Positions 49,771 through 63,425 of a stretch of DNA of 64,000 nucleotides are shown piece by piece (within the stretch, counting starts at the first letter, position 1; each line of letters starts with the position of its first letter). A model generated the notes under the pieces. It searched no databases. It had not been told where the DNA came from and saw only the letters and a list, made by a program, of their open reading frames with translations. The translations under genes and the position numbers were made by a program. The DNA is taken from assembly GCA_977017645.1 (NCBI GenBank), contig OZ360225.1, positions 59,706,001-59,770,000 of the forward strand. The letters are read 5' to 3'. Source of the DNA: Torpedo marmorata. Its lineage: Eukaryota.

Positions 49771-51849
49771 AAAAGAAAGAAAGACCCTCCAGAATGTGGT
49801 TGAGGATCATACTGCCTCCTCTGATGTGGCCCGCCACTCCCCAGTCTCTGAGCTTGAGCCCCGTATCAAGCCGCCTGCTCTCCATCACATCTATGGTCTC
49901 GATTCTCTGAAGCTGTTAATAGCCGTTAGCACCTTCCATTGCGCTCCCCGGCCTCTGGCCCAGATTCCCGTTGGCACCTGCAGCCTGGCGGAAGACCTTG
50001 GGTTGCCAAGCCCAAGGTGGAGCCTGACTGTGGATCACTTCTCCTCCTCAGACCTGCTTGCCTCTCTAGTAGTTTCCGTTATCACCGTCGCCTCCCTAAC
50101 CGATGCTGCCTCAGCCTCCTTTGTAGTTACAGCCACCTCCCAACTACCTTCGTGGTGTAGCCCTCAGGGAGCCTGTATCACAAAGGAGATGCTATCTGGC
50201 ATTGTTCCTGGTCCGAGATCAGGACCTGAAGCTACAACTCAAGCAAGGAGTAACCCACAATGTAGTTGGCTGTCATAATGTTTTTTTTTACCATTTATGT
50301 CCATTTCAAAAGAAAATTCCCACTCTCTCTCCTAAATAGGAGAAGACTGAGTAATGACAGTAATTGAGTAACTCTCCCTGAAGTGACGATGGTAAGATTG
50401 CAGTTAAAAGAAACAGTGTCTAGCTGCCTGTCACTGACTGAACATCAAGCTACCTAATATTTAATAGAATAAATAAGCACACCATACATCCATTTAGCAT
50501 TAGCTGTGAATGTGTACATCACATGTCATAGAGTTCAAGCACTTCTCTAATGAAAAATAACAAATTGTCCCCTATTTCTGTAAATACTTGTTGAATAATA
50601 TATTCAATATTGATTTATTGATGGCCTCCGTTGTGTATTCATTAGCATGCATCCACAACACAGTGATAAATGAACTTTCCAGGTTGCAGAGATACATATT
50701 GAACTTTAAATTAACTTCTGTTTTCTATTCCAGAGATTTCAAACATGAAAAAATAAAATCATCACAGAAATCATCAATTACTTCTGCCTGTGCTATATAA
50801 AAGAAAAGAAAATCATCAGAGTGCATGTTAATATAGTAATATCATAACAATTGCAGCATGTTACTGATATCAATGTGCATTTCTAAATCTTTCTATTTTG
50901 CTGGACAGAATAAATGTGCTTTTTTGTTACAGTAAGGAGCCAATTTGAGGCCACTTTTTTCAGATAGATTTTCTTGTTTCTTGTTTGTAATTATGAATAG
51001 AATCATTAGCATGATGCGAAATTAAAAATCTTTTTATAACTTTAATCATATGCAATAGTTCACAAACTGAGAGCTGCTGACTTTTTGTGTATCCCTTGTG
51101 TCTGTGCATTGAAATGTTGTCCTTTATCCCTGGGTTCCTTTGGGGGAGGGGAACAAGGGAAGGGGGTAATCTCTGCAGACAGTTTCTGTGACACACCATA
51201 CAGGGCATGGGAGATGGGCAGGTGTCCATGTTCAGGATCTGTGTCAGAGATTTGTGTATACATTCAGACTCAAGCAGCTGACGGCAGCCAGCTGGGGTGG
51301 AGAGAGAAGTGTGGAGTGGGAGAGGTATGATATATGGAGATTGGAAATTAAGGCACAGCTCAAAGAAACTAGAACAGGTTGTTTCTAATAAAACTCTTCA
51401 CCCATCAAATGCAAGGCAGTAATAAATTAATTATGCTGTCCCAATGATATTTCACTGAGAGAAATATTAGCTGCTTAACCCAGATGTCTAGGGTGCTCCC
51501 ATCAGAAAAATTGCATCTATGCCATAAAAGAGTAGCTGTCATCTTTTCCAGACCTCCTCAAACTGTAGCTGAATCCTGAGGGAATTAAAAGCTATGGCCC
51601 ATTTAACACAATTCAACCTTCTCTAAATGGTAGAGACTTGGATAAAAATTGATCCAACCTGTTAAAGGGTGCTGAATGTAAGGTAAGCCACTTCAACCGC
51701 TTGGCTTAGAAATCATTGGCATTTCTGTAAATCTCTCCAGGGGAAGTCACGATACATTCCACTGTGAGCCTCCCTGAGAGGACCTCATCAGTCCCACCAA
51801 TGACCGGGTATATGTGACTCGGTCTCATCAGCCTCTCAGAGTTAAATTG

Positions 51850-52390
51850 ATCCTGCCCGGATGCATAACAGCTTGGTACGGGACAGGAACTACTTTGTTC
51901 AAGACAGCAAGAAACTAAATAGAGTTATGAATGAAGCTCAGGCCATCATACAAACCAACCTCCCTCCATTGACTACATCTGTTCCTCCCACTGTCTCTGG
52001 AAAGTTGCCAACATATTAAAGGACCATTCCTCCCCCCCACCCCCCAACCTCGATCATACTTTCTTCTCTCCTCTTCTGTGAGCAGAAGATACGAGCTTGA
52101 AAACATGAATTTCTGGATTCAAGGACAGTTAATGTTACCAGACTCTTAAATAAACCTCTCATTTGTAAAAGATGATGCCCTTACACTGTTTTAACTTCAT
52201 TTGTATCTGTACCCTGCACTTGTCTTGTAACACTATATATTCCACACTCTTACCGTAACACTACACCCTGCACTTTTGTTTTATTATTGGATTACCTGCT
52301 GTATTAAATATGGTTTGACTTGCTTGGATAGCACACAAACAAAGCTTTTCACTGTATCGCAGTAAGTGACATTATAAGTGAATAATAACA
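51850..52390 (+). mobile_element. Degenerate Rex1/Babar-like LINE 3' fragment
   Basis: GGATGCATAACAGCTTGGTACGG...; tail AAAGCTTTTCACTGTATC...AATAA. Confidence 0.55.
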
Positions 52391-54710
52391 GATCATTTTG
52401 TAGTATAGTCCTTGATGTTCTGTTACCAATAAAGGCAGTCAATTTGTGCACGGCAAGCTGACACAACAGTGAAATTATTTAATCTGTTTTTATGTCATTA
52501 GCTGAGGAATAAATGTGAAGGAAAACAAGGTAGACAATTGTCCTTATTATAATTTGGTGCTTTTTTAAATATAGCTCGAGTAATATTTACTGAAATAGCT
52601 ACAGAGAGTACAAAGGGTCCCTCTCAAAGAAGCTAACATTAATTGGCACGCTGTAGATAGCAGTAAGAAAAAACTCCAACTGCATCCAATTCCAATATAA
52701 ACAAGGTGGCATTAAGTTGGATTCAGTTACTGCAGTATAAATACATCCTTAAGTGACTGTATATAAAACAATATAACAAAGACTGAATGTAACACAATAA
52801 GAGTAATGCTTACTGTTAGTAAAACAATAACATCAGCGACATTAATAATATAACACAATGTTATATCACAGTGTGCAATTCAACATGGTGGACATACCAG
52901 AGATTGAAAGAGAATAATTACAGCTAAGGAATATAATATTAAGAGACTGAATAAAATAACAAAAGGTTATAATATAGTAGAATGTGTTTGCCAAACAGTA
53001 ACTAATATTTGTTCCATGATGTGATTATACATTGTGATAGACAGTATCATGTAATGACTGTGATATATTGTATAAATATTATTTTGTAATAGTTTTCAAT
53101 CATTATGCAAATACATGATTCCTTTGGTGACTCACCTTGACAAGGAAAAGAATAGCTAAGAGTGAAAAATAGAAATGTCCGGCATTGACCCCTGGTTGAT
53201 ATCATGCTGGGAAGCCACAATTGACAATAGCATCCCTACTCTCAGGAAATCTTTTCTGCTTGGGATTCGTCCTCCTAATCACCTTCTGCTAACTACAGCT
53301 GCAAATATGTATGTGGCTATTGGATGGGAACAGAGCTGGGACTCAGCAGTGGGAGTGCCGCACTTGAATAGCCCCCAGACAATCATTGCCCAAGATCACA
53401 AATGGAAAATGAAAGTCCACTGAGGCAAGTAACCCAAAGGTGATTGGTACCAATGAATGAAGTTAAAGGAGAGGAGTGAAGTGAGGGGAGGGGTTGGTGG
53501 GATAGGTTGATGGATGATGAAGGTAAACACATACCAGATTCCAATCTCCATATTTGAATGAATGAATGTTCATAGTTATATACATAAATACTATGTACAG
53601 ATGCAATTAAAGTCCTACTTGCTGCAGCTTTCCAGTTATGCAAAACACACTAACAACAATTTAAGTACAACTAAGATGCCATAAAAATGAAAAAGTAGAT
53701 AATGAATATAATAGAAATAAATAGTAAATGTTCACATTTGGCTGGATAAGCAAAAATTGTACTGCGTCAGTAGGTCAGTCAAATCTTTGGTGGTCTTGTA
53801 CTAGTGTTATTGTTCGGATGATGTAGGGAGATTCAAGATCCTAATAGGTGTTAAACAGAAAAACTGTTGCATGCAAAGATAATAAAGCCTCCGTGAGTGT
53901 CCATCATGTCTCTCAGAAGTTACTGGTCATTTTATTGGTCACTGTCAAAGCACATGCCTACACTTCCCTTGACTCTGTGGCAGTTTCCTGAGTAAATACT
54001 GATGCAAAATCCCCAGTTAAGATCTCTTTTATCTTTTCTAGCTCCATACATAGCCAACCTCTCTGATCTTTAAAAGGGCCAATTTTGTCCCTGTAGAAAC
54101 CCTTAGGATTTTCCTTCACATTGTCTGCCAAAGCAACCTCATGTCTTATTTTAGCCTTCCTTATTACCTTCTTGAGTTTTTTCTTGCATTTGTTATACTC
54201 CACAAGTACCTCATTTGCTCCTTGTTGCCTATATCTGCTATACACCTCTCTTCTTCTTAACCAGATCTCCAATATCCCTTGAAAACCAAGGTTCCTTATG
54301 CCTACTAACTTTGCCTTTAATCCTTACAGGGACATACAAACTCTGTACTCTCAAAATTTCGCCTTTAAAGGCCTTCCACTTACCCAACATATCCTTGCCA
54401 GAAAACAACTTAGCCCAATCCACACTTTCTAGATCCTTTATCATTTCCTCAAAATTGGCCTTTCTCCAATTTAGAATCTTAACCCGAGGACCAGACCTAT
54501 CCTTATCCATAATTAAATTGAAACTAATGTCATTATTGTGTTATTATGCAAACTACATTTCCCAGTAGGCAATGCGCACGGTTTGCATGGGAACAAAAGT
54601 AGACTACGACAGACGTCGAGTGCGTTGTTGGTTCAAGCAGATCGAAAAATAAAGTTGTTTAAGTGTTAAAACTACGCATGGTTGTTCTTCTTCAAGGAAC
54701 AAACATACCA

Positions 54711-54724
54711 TGGTGTCAGAAGTG
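54711..54724 (+). promoter_or_regulatory. Primer-binding site, tRNA-Leu type
   Basis: TGGTGTCAGAAGTG directly after the 5' LTR. Confidence 0.75.
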
Positions 54725-54768
54725 TGTGAGTAAGTAAGAAAAGGCAATAGTTCCCATATAGATATTTA

Positions 54769-54980
54769 AATGTCTCCTGCCTTTCCCACCCCCCTTCCCC
54801 CCTCACTCCTTTGTTCGGACGTCTGCCGGCATTTTCTCATACTTTGATGAAGGGCTCAAGCCTGAAACGTCGGTTATGTATTTCTACCTTTGCTACATAA
54901 AAGACACTGTTTGACCTGCTGAGTTCTCCAGCTTTTGTGTTTTTTACTTCTACCACGGTGTCTACAGATTTTCGTGTTTA
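54769..54980 (+). mobile_element. Short PLE 3' tail inserted at the start of Gypsy-2 gag
   Basis: Near identical to 44510-44720; 16-bp TSD CCCATATAGATATTTA (54753-54768, 54981-54996). Confidence 0.9.
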
Positions 54981-54999
54981 CCCATATAGATATTTATTC

Positions 55000-57900
55000 C
55001 TCCCACACTGATACAGTTTACCGGCAATCTAACGATAATTGGAAACACTTCAAAAAGCAATTCAACATTTATTTAGAGGCTGGTGGAGCGGGAGAGACCG
55101 ATAAAAAATGGAAAGCGTCTATATTTCTACACGTGATGGGTTAAGATGCCTTGGACATCTATAACAGTTTTCAAATTGATGAGACAGCTTTCACGTTGGA
55201 CACTGATGACAAAATTTGAGGAGTATTTTGTTCCAAGTAAAAACGTCACGTTTGAGATATTCATATTTTTTTCCTGTGACCAGAAACAAGGTATGAGCTT
55301 CGACCAATACTTAGCCGAGCTTCACACACTGAGTAAGTCCTGTGAATTTGGAGATTTGAAAAACTCACTCATTAGAGACAGAATAGTTTGCGGAATCCCA
55401 GATAATGGGTTTAGAGAAAGACTGTTGCGTGAAAAAGATTTGACACTGGAAAAGGCTGTGAATATGTGTAGGGCAGCAGAGACCACACAAGCACAAGCTA
55501 AGGAGCTCCACAGGATAGGCATAACAGTGCATGCGGTGAAAACAGAGAAGCAGAGCAAAGAGGTAGACTCAAACAGCAAATGCAGCAGGTGCGGAGGTAG
55601 ACATACTCCAAAGATGTGTCCTGCCTATGGAAAGTCCTGCAATAAATGTGGGAAGAAGAATCATTTTGCAAAGTGCTGCAAAGCAGGGGCTACCAAGAGA
55701 AAGGTGCACACAGTGGATGAAGAAATGGAGGAATTCTTCATGGATTCACTACAGACTGCTGCTGTTGGAAAAATGGAATGGATCATTCCAGTGACTGTGA
55801 ATGAGACAGTAATTCCATTTAAGATCGACACCGGAGCCCAGGTGAATCTGTTATCTATGGACGATTACAAGACCCTCACCGTAAAGAGCAAGATTTATCC
55901 AGTGAAATTAAAAGTGACAGGCTACACTGGAGAGAACATTCAAGTAAAAGGGGGCTGTATGGTGACCTTCAAACACAAAGGGCGGCATCTAAAGTCACAG
56001 CTACTGATTGTAGAAAAGAGAGTACAGTCAATATTAGGTCTGAGTGCATGTGAAGAGCTCAACCTGGTGAAAAGAGTTGTCATAGTGGCTTCACAGACCG
56101 AAGATGAGCACACAACACTCATGGAAGGGTACGCAGATGTCTTTGAGGGGCTTGGATGTTTACCTGGTGTATACAAGGTCCACGTAGGTGAGACAGTGGC
56201 TCCTGTTGTCCATGCATGCAGGAAAGTTCCGTTTCCACTTAGAGACAAACTTAAACAAGAACTAGCATGCATGGAATGGATGAAAGTCATACAGAAAATT
56301 GAAGAACCTACAGATTGGGTCAGCTCACTGGTCATCGTGCAAAAGGAAAATGGAGCATTGCGTATATGTCTGGACCCAAGAGATCTCAATAAAGCCATCA
56401 AGAGAGAGCATTTTAAATTGCCGTCATGGGAGGAAATCATGCCCCGGTTTGCAGGTGCCACGTGGTTTAGCAAACTCGACACGTCATCGGTGTTTTGGCA
56501 GATGAAGCTCGATGAGGCAAGTTCGAGACTATGCACATTCAATACTCCACAAGGAAGATACCGCTTTCTTCGGCTACCATATGGGATCTTGTCCGCACCA
56601 GAAGTCTACCATAAAACCATCCACATGATCTTTGAAAGTATATCTGTAGTTGAGACTGTGATGGATGACATCATTGTATGGGGGTCCACCAAGAATGAAC
56701 ATGATACACGACTAAGGCAAGTGCTTGACATGACACGGAATGTCAATTTGAAATTAAATAAAGAGAAATGTGAGTTTGGCATAAAGACAGTGACCTTCAT
56801 AGGAGATGTCATATCTGAACAGGGAGTGAAGCCTGATCCAAGAAACACATCAGCCATTGAGAATTTTGTGAGGCCCCAAAACAAAGAGGAGGTGAGACGT
56901 TTCTTGTGGATGGTGACTTACCTGGTTAAGTTCATCCCTCGTCTGTTGACTGTGTCAGCACCACTTAGGTCACTCCTTGAGCATAAAAATGAGTGGATCT
57001 GGTCACACGAGCAAGAAGAGTGCTTCCAGGCACTCAAAAAAGTCCTAATAGAAGAGCCTGTACTAAACTTTTATGATCCGGATAGGCGCACCAGGATCTA
57101 GGCTGATGCATCCTGATATGGCCTTGGAGCAGTACTACTGCAGCAGCATGAGGACACATGGCAACCTGTGGCCTATGCATCAAGGGTTTTAACAAATGCA
57201 GAAGCCAACTATGCACAGATAGAGAAAGAGCTTCTTGCCAGCACTTATGCATGTGAAAGGTTCCATCAATACATTTATGGACAAGCTCTTGAAGTGGAGA
57301 CAGTCCATAAACCACTGGTCTCAATTATGTCCAAACCAATGAATGACAGTCCCATGAGAGTACAGCGCATGTTGATAAGGCTGAAGAAATATGATGTGAA
57401 AATTATCTACACGCCAGGAAATTACATGTTTGCAGCTGATGCACTGTCTCGAGCAGTTGACAAGAAAGAAAAGAGCGACCAAGAGGTTAATGCAGAGATA
57501 CAGGCCTATGTTGACATGATTATCACCTCATTTCCAGTATCCCGGGATAGAACAGAGTAGATCAGGAAAGCAACAGAGACAGATGAAACAATGAAAGAGC
57601 TCAAAGAAGCAATACAGAAAGGATGGCCAGAAGCTAAGAATGACTGTCCAATGGGTATTCTGGATTATTGGGCATGCAGAGATGAACTGTCAGTTGTGAA
57701 AGATATGGTCTTCAAAGGGAACAGGTTTGTGATTCCAGTGTTGCTACGCAAGGAAATGCTCCAGAAGATACACGAAGGACATCTTGGTGAGTAAAAATGC
57801 AAACGTAGAGCTCGAGAGGTGATGTACTGGCCAAGAATGAACCAAGACACAAGCCAGACCACTGCTTCATGCGAAATATGCCTTACCTATAGACCAAAGC

Positions 57901-58850
57901 AGCAAGCAGAACCGCTTACACCACACCCTGTACCAGACAGGCTGTGCTTCAAAGTTGGAGTAGATTTGTTTGACTGTAATGGAAAGAGTCATATAGTAGT
58001 AATAGACTATTTTTCCAATTACCCAGAGGTAGCAACACTGCAGTCAACATCCAGCAAAGCAGTTATCACTTTCATGAAAAATGTGTTTGCGAGGCATAGA
58101 GTTCCTTGTGAAGTAGTATCAGACAATGGTCCACAATTTTCGAGCAGTGAATTTGAGTCCTTTGCCAATACTTGGGGGTTTCGACATATAACTTCAAGCC
58201 CACATCACCCAAAGCCTAATGGCCTTGCAGAGAGTTCTGTAAAGGTGGTGAAGAACCTCATAAAGAAAGCGCATGATGGACGAGAGGATTTCCACAGAAG
58301 TCTAATGATTCACAGAAGTGCGCCACTACAGAATGGCCTTTCTCCTGCCCAAATGCTGATGGGTTGATGCATACGGACCAACCTTCCAATGCATGAAAAT
58401 CTGTTGACACCTAAAGGAGCACACAATGTCAAACAGACTAAAGTGGAAGAGAAAGTAAAACAGAAAAAGTATCATGATAAGACTGCGAAAAGCCTACCAG
58501 TCCTGAAGCCTGGAGTTCAAGTGCGAATCCGAGATCACAATTCTGGTACATGGTCCATGCAAGGATATGTGCAAGAGGAAATAGATCCACATTCCTACCA
58601 GATCCAGACAGAGGGAGGGACACCTCTGAGAAGGAACCGCGTGGATCTACGACCACAAGCTCCAACCCATGGTAGTGACCATCACTTGTCAGTACACAAA
58701 AGGGGCCAACACATGTAGAAAAGGAACATGTTGTTCAGAGTTCACAGAAAGACACAAATACTAACGCAGCAAATGCAAGCAATACACCGGTGGAAACACA
58801 CACCAGATCAAAAAGGACTGTTAAACCACCTCAGAGACTGATTGAAAGTT
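55000..58850 (+). pseudogene. Gypsy gag-pol polyprotein with stops and frameshifts
   Basis: CSRCGGRH and CNKCGKKNH knuckles; FKIDTGAQV protease; LRICLDPRDLN, LPYGI, VMDDII RT; YAQIEKE RNase H; GVDLF, SDNGPQF, PNGLAE integrase. Confidence 0.93.
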
Positions 58851-60693
58851 GCTGAGTGGAAAGAGACTGGACACGGAATGTAGATACCCTTGTTATGTAG
58901 ACATAGTAATTTTTTTCTTTTTTTAAAAAAGGGAAAAGATGTGTTATTATGCGAACTACATTTCCCAATAGGCAATGTGCGCGGTTTGCGCGGGAACAAA
59001 AGTAGACTACGACAGAAGTCCAGTGCGTTGTTGGTTCAAGCAGCTCGAAAAATAAAGTTGTTTAAGCGTTAAAACCACACAAGGTTGTTCTTCTTCAAGG
59101 AACAAACATATTAATTATGATCACTTTACCTAAAATGTTCTCCTACACATACTTCTGTCAGCTGTCCTGTCTGGTTCCAGTATTGCACTCTCTCTAGTTG
59201 GTCCCTTGATATATTGATTTAGAAAAATTTCCTGAACACATTTGACAAACTCCAAGCCGTCCAGCTCTTTTACAGTATGGGAGTCCCAGTCAATATGTGG
59301 AAAGTTAAAATCTCCCACTATCACAACTTTATGTTTCCTGCAGCTCTCTACAGATTTGCTCCTCCAATTCTCGCTGACTATTGGGCAGTCTATAATACAA
59401 CCCCATGAGTGTGATCATACCTTTCCCGTTCCTCAGCTCCACCCATATAGCCTCAGTAGATGAGCCCTGTGGTCTGTCCTGTCTGAGCACAGCTGTGATA
59501 TTTTCCCCGATGAGCAATGCCACTCCTCCCCCTTTCATCCCTCCCACTCTATTGCATCTGAAACAACGGATCCCCAGAACATTGAGCTGCCAGTCCTGTC
59601 TCTCCTGCAACCAAGTTTCACTAATGGCCACATTGTCATAATACCACATGGCAATCCATGGTCTAAGTTCGTCTGCCTTTCCTACAATAATCCTTGCATT
59701 GAAATAGATGCACCTGTGAACATTTCCGCCATGTACAACCTTTTGATTTCTGACTTTACATGCAGTCTTCACATCATCTTTTACCTTGTCCACTCCACTA
59801 TCTGCTTTGGCACTCTGGTTCCCATCCCCCTGCAAATTAAGTTTAAACCCCCTCAGAGCAGAACTAGCAAACCTTCCCTCAAAGATATTCATCCCCCTCC
59901 AGTTCAGATGCAAACAATCCCATCAGAACAGTCCCACTTTCCCTGGAAGAGAGCGCAGTAATCAAGAAACCTGAAGCTCTCCCTCCTGCACCATGTCTTT
60001 AGCCTTGTGTAAAGCTGCATTATCCTCCTATGCATTATCCTCCTATTTCTAACCTCACTAGCACGAGGCATGGGTAGCAATCCTGAGATCACAACCATGG
60101 ACGTCCTGTCCTTCAACCTAGTGCCTAACTACCTGAACTCTCTTTGTAGGACCTCATCGCCCTTCCTACCCACATCATTGGTCCCTACATGGACCACGAC
60201 ATCTGGCTGCTCACCCTCCTTCCTGAGAACGCCGTGAACTCGATGTGAAATATCTCAGACCTTGGCACCAGCGAGGCAACATACCATTTGAGATTCTCGA
60301 TATATTCCACAGAACCTCTTATGTATTCCCCTAACTTTGGAATCCCCTATCACTACAGCTCGCCTCTTCTCCTCCCTTCTTAGCTTGTCCCTGGTAGATC
60401 GTTCCCCTCCAACAGTATCCAAAATGGTATACTTGCTATTGAGGGGAATGTCCACAGGGGTGCCCTGCACTGACTGCCTGTTCCCTTTCCCTCTCCTGAC
60501 TGTCACCCAGCTACCTTCCTCCTGCCTCCTACATGTGATAGCGTCCCTGTAACTCCAGTCTATCATCCGCTCAGCCTCCCGAATGATCCGGAGTTCATCC
60601 AGCTCCAATTCCCTCCATTGGTCCCATGATTATAATGTCAGTGAATACAGGTTTCCTTTCAACCCCTCTTTTTAAAGTCTAGCCCTATTCTTT

Positions 60694-61453
60694 TTTTTTT
60701 TTTTTTTTATATTTTATTTAAATTTTTAAATCACACATTACATAAAATAATTTTGCATATAATTCTTAAAAAATACATGTGATTACATTTTCTCCCCCCC
60801 TTCCCACCCTCCCCTCCCTAGCCCCTATATCCCCCTATTCTAATTTTTAAAAAATATAAAATAAGAAAAGAAAAGAAAAGATAGAAAAATAGAGTGAGGA
60901 GTCAGTAAGTTTAAAAACTAATATATCTTAGAGGTTATTTCGCCGGCGGATCTGATATCTGATATCCAGAGAATTTACCCATAGTCCTCATATATGGGCC
61001 CCAAATTTTCAAAAAAGAATGATATTTATTTCGTAAATTATAAGTCATTTTTTCTAATGGTATACATGACCGTAACTCTGCATGCCATCGCTCTAGATTT
61101 AAATCAACATCCGATTTCCAAGTAATAGCTATACATTTTTTCGAAACTGCTAATACTATACGTAAAAATTCTACTTGATACATATTTAATCTATGTCTAA
61201 TACTAAATTTTTTAATATCTCCAAATAAAAATAACATAGGATCCATTGCAACTTCAACATTAAAAATTCTTTCTAAAAAATTCTTAACTTTCAACCAAAA
61301 ATCTTGAATTTTTGGACATGACCATGTACAGTGTACAAAAGATCCTATTTCAGTTTTACATCTAAAACACATATCTGATAACGCTGGATTAAATTTCTTC
61401 AATTTTTTAGGTGTCAAATACAATTGATGAAAAAAGTTATATTGTACTAATCT
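60694..61453 (-). mobile_element. 5'-truncated L1/Tx1-like LINE with poly(A) tail
   Basis: CFRCKTEIGSFVHCTWSC CCHC motif; poly-T at ~60691-60708; TSD TAGCCCTATTCTTT (60680-60693, 61454-61467). Confidence 0.9.
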
Positions 61454-62359
61454 TAGCCCTATTCTTTATGGAAATGTGAGCTCATGTGATTATTGTGAGA
61501 TAAGGTATTACCAAGGTATCTGTGAATTGATTATTTATCCTGTCACTCAGGTAATGATTCAGAAGGTGGGGAGATGGTTTAAGTCTCAAGTGAGTCATAA
61601 TCTCTGGGGAAGCATTTGTTCACAAATTTGTTGACAGGTGAAAAATTTTGTTTAACATGCACCATCCTTCATAATCCCTGTGGATTAAAGAGGTGGGAAA
61701 AGTTCCGACTGAATGAGATGAACGGACCGTATCAAATTGTGCAGGATAATGGTTAAATTACTGCACTAGTAATCAAGTAACTTTGGCCATGGTCCAGAAT
61801 CATAAGCTTGAAAATGGGAAGTATAAACTCAATGAATCAAAATGGTTTTACAGTAAGAAGCTGGTACAAGGAACCAAAACAAATCTGCTGGTATCTAGGA
61901 AAGGATATCTACCACCATCCTGTGCTCTGGCCTCTATGGGACTCCAGAACCACAGCAATAGAGTCATAAAGAGATGCAGCATGGAAACAGGCAACAACAG
62001 TTTCTGATTTTCCATTGTAGGTCTTTGCTAAAGGCAAACCATGAATGATCATTTGGAATAATCAAGGCAAAGGAGATGGGAATAAGTATCACATTCTGAC
62101 CTTGGAGGTTGTCCTGAGATTACTAAATCTAATGAGGTGTAAGATTAGGAATTGACAATGAAAAATTGCAAAGGTAGGAGGGGGACTGAGTGACAGAGAT
62201 AAACAGCAACAAGTCTACGAGCTCACTTGGGGAACAAAGTACTGCCTTTGTTATTTCTTCACAAAGATTGTTCCAGTATCTCTTGTTTTGGAAAGCCCAG
62301 TTCAAGGAAATGTGTTTTAAATTTCCTAGCGAAGCTATTGAAAGAAAGCTTAAGAGAAC

Positions 62360-62900
62360 CATATTGTGCATAGTTCTGGTTGCCCTGCTATTGGAAGGGT
62401 GTCACTAAGCTGGAAATGGTGAAGAAAAGATTCATCAAGGGACTGGAGGGCGTGAATTGTAAGGAAATTCTGGATAGTTTAGGGCTATTTTGCCAGAAGC
62501 GCAAAAGACTCAGGGGTAATGTCATCGGGGTCTGCAAAATCATGGGTAGCATACGTAAGGTGAATAGTCATAGCCTTTTCCCCAGAGTAGGGGAGTCTAA
62601 AGGACATAGGTTTAAGGTGAGAGGGGAAATATTTAAAATGGACCCGAGAAGCAATTGTTTTACACAGAGGGTGTTGGGTATATGGGACGAGCTGCCAGAG
62701 AAAGCCATAGAGGTGGGTAGTTACCTCATTAAAAAAAATATTTGGGCAGGTACAGGTTGGGAAAGGTTTAGAGGGATATGGGTCAAATGCAGACAATTGG
62801 GACTAGCTCAGGTCAGCAACTTGGTCAGCATGGATGAGTTGGGCCAAACGCCCTGTTTCCATACAAACAGGCTCTATGTACAGCTGTACAGCTCTATGAA
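62360..62900 (+). mobile_element. Degenerate CR1 3' fragment
   Basis: LGLF...RLRG...GHRFKV...FTQRV..IWDELP, like the CR1 ORF2 C-terminus. Confidence 0.75.
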
Positions 62901-63029
62901 CATCAGAAGAGGTTTTAAAGATTTGTTTATTCAAAGGAAGTGGGCAAACAGGCAAGGCCAGCTTTTGATGCCCGTCCTTTGTTGACCTTGAACTGAGTGG
63001 CTTGCTCTCATCTCAGAGCCAAACGCATC

Positions 63030-63425
63030 AGGGAGCGCAGTGGTACAACTAGTAGGGCTGTTCCCTCACAACCGCAGTGCCAAAGACCCTGCTTCAATGT
63101 GTGTGCTCCAGTTTCCTCCCAGGACCCAAAGACATGCAAATTGGTAGGCTAATTGGCTGCGGTAAATTGCCCTTAATATGTAGGTGAGTGGTAGAATCTG
63201 GATGGAGTTGATGAGATTGTGGGGAGAATAAAATATGATTAAAGAAGGATTAATGTCAATGTATGGTTAAGAGTTAGCATGGATTCAGTGGGCTGAAAGG
63301 CCAGTTTCTATGCTGTGCCACTCGAAACGTACTGGGGGTGTAGGTTAATTGGGTGTAAATTGGGCGGCACGGACTCGTGGGCCGAAATGGCCTGTTACCG
63401 TGCTGTATGTCTAAATTAAAAATTT
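63030..63425 (+). mobile_element. V-SINE-type SINE followed by a second SINE 3' end
   Basis: GCTCCAGTTTCCTCCC core; second piece (63325-63425) matches the 3' half of the 9465 and 35635 SINEs. Confidence 0.6.

Larger units (their letters stand above)
54537..59113 (+). mobile_element. Full-length Gypsy LTR retrotransposon 2 (K02A2.6-like polyprotein), decayed
   Basis: 174-bp LTRs (54537-54710, 58940-59113); 5-bp TSD ATTAT (54532-54536, 59114-59118); PBS; PPT AAAAAAGGGAAAAGA. Confidence 0.95.
53958..60610 (-). mobile_element. CR1 LINE 5' half (ORF1 esterase and endonuclease), split by Gypsy element 2
   Basis: AVVIGDSKVRG (SGNH esterase ORF1), IYFNAR, AISETWL, IVGDFN, LNWRKANF, KENPKGFY; continuous across the ATTAT TSD. 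Confidence 0.88.

Noticed and set aside
49763-50278. 171-aa ORF after the CR1 tail
   Set aside because: Starts inside the CR1 tail repeat; low complexity; no known motif
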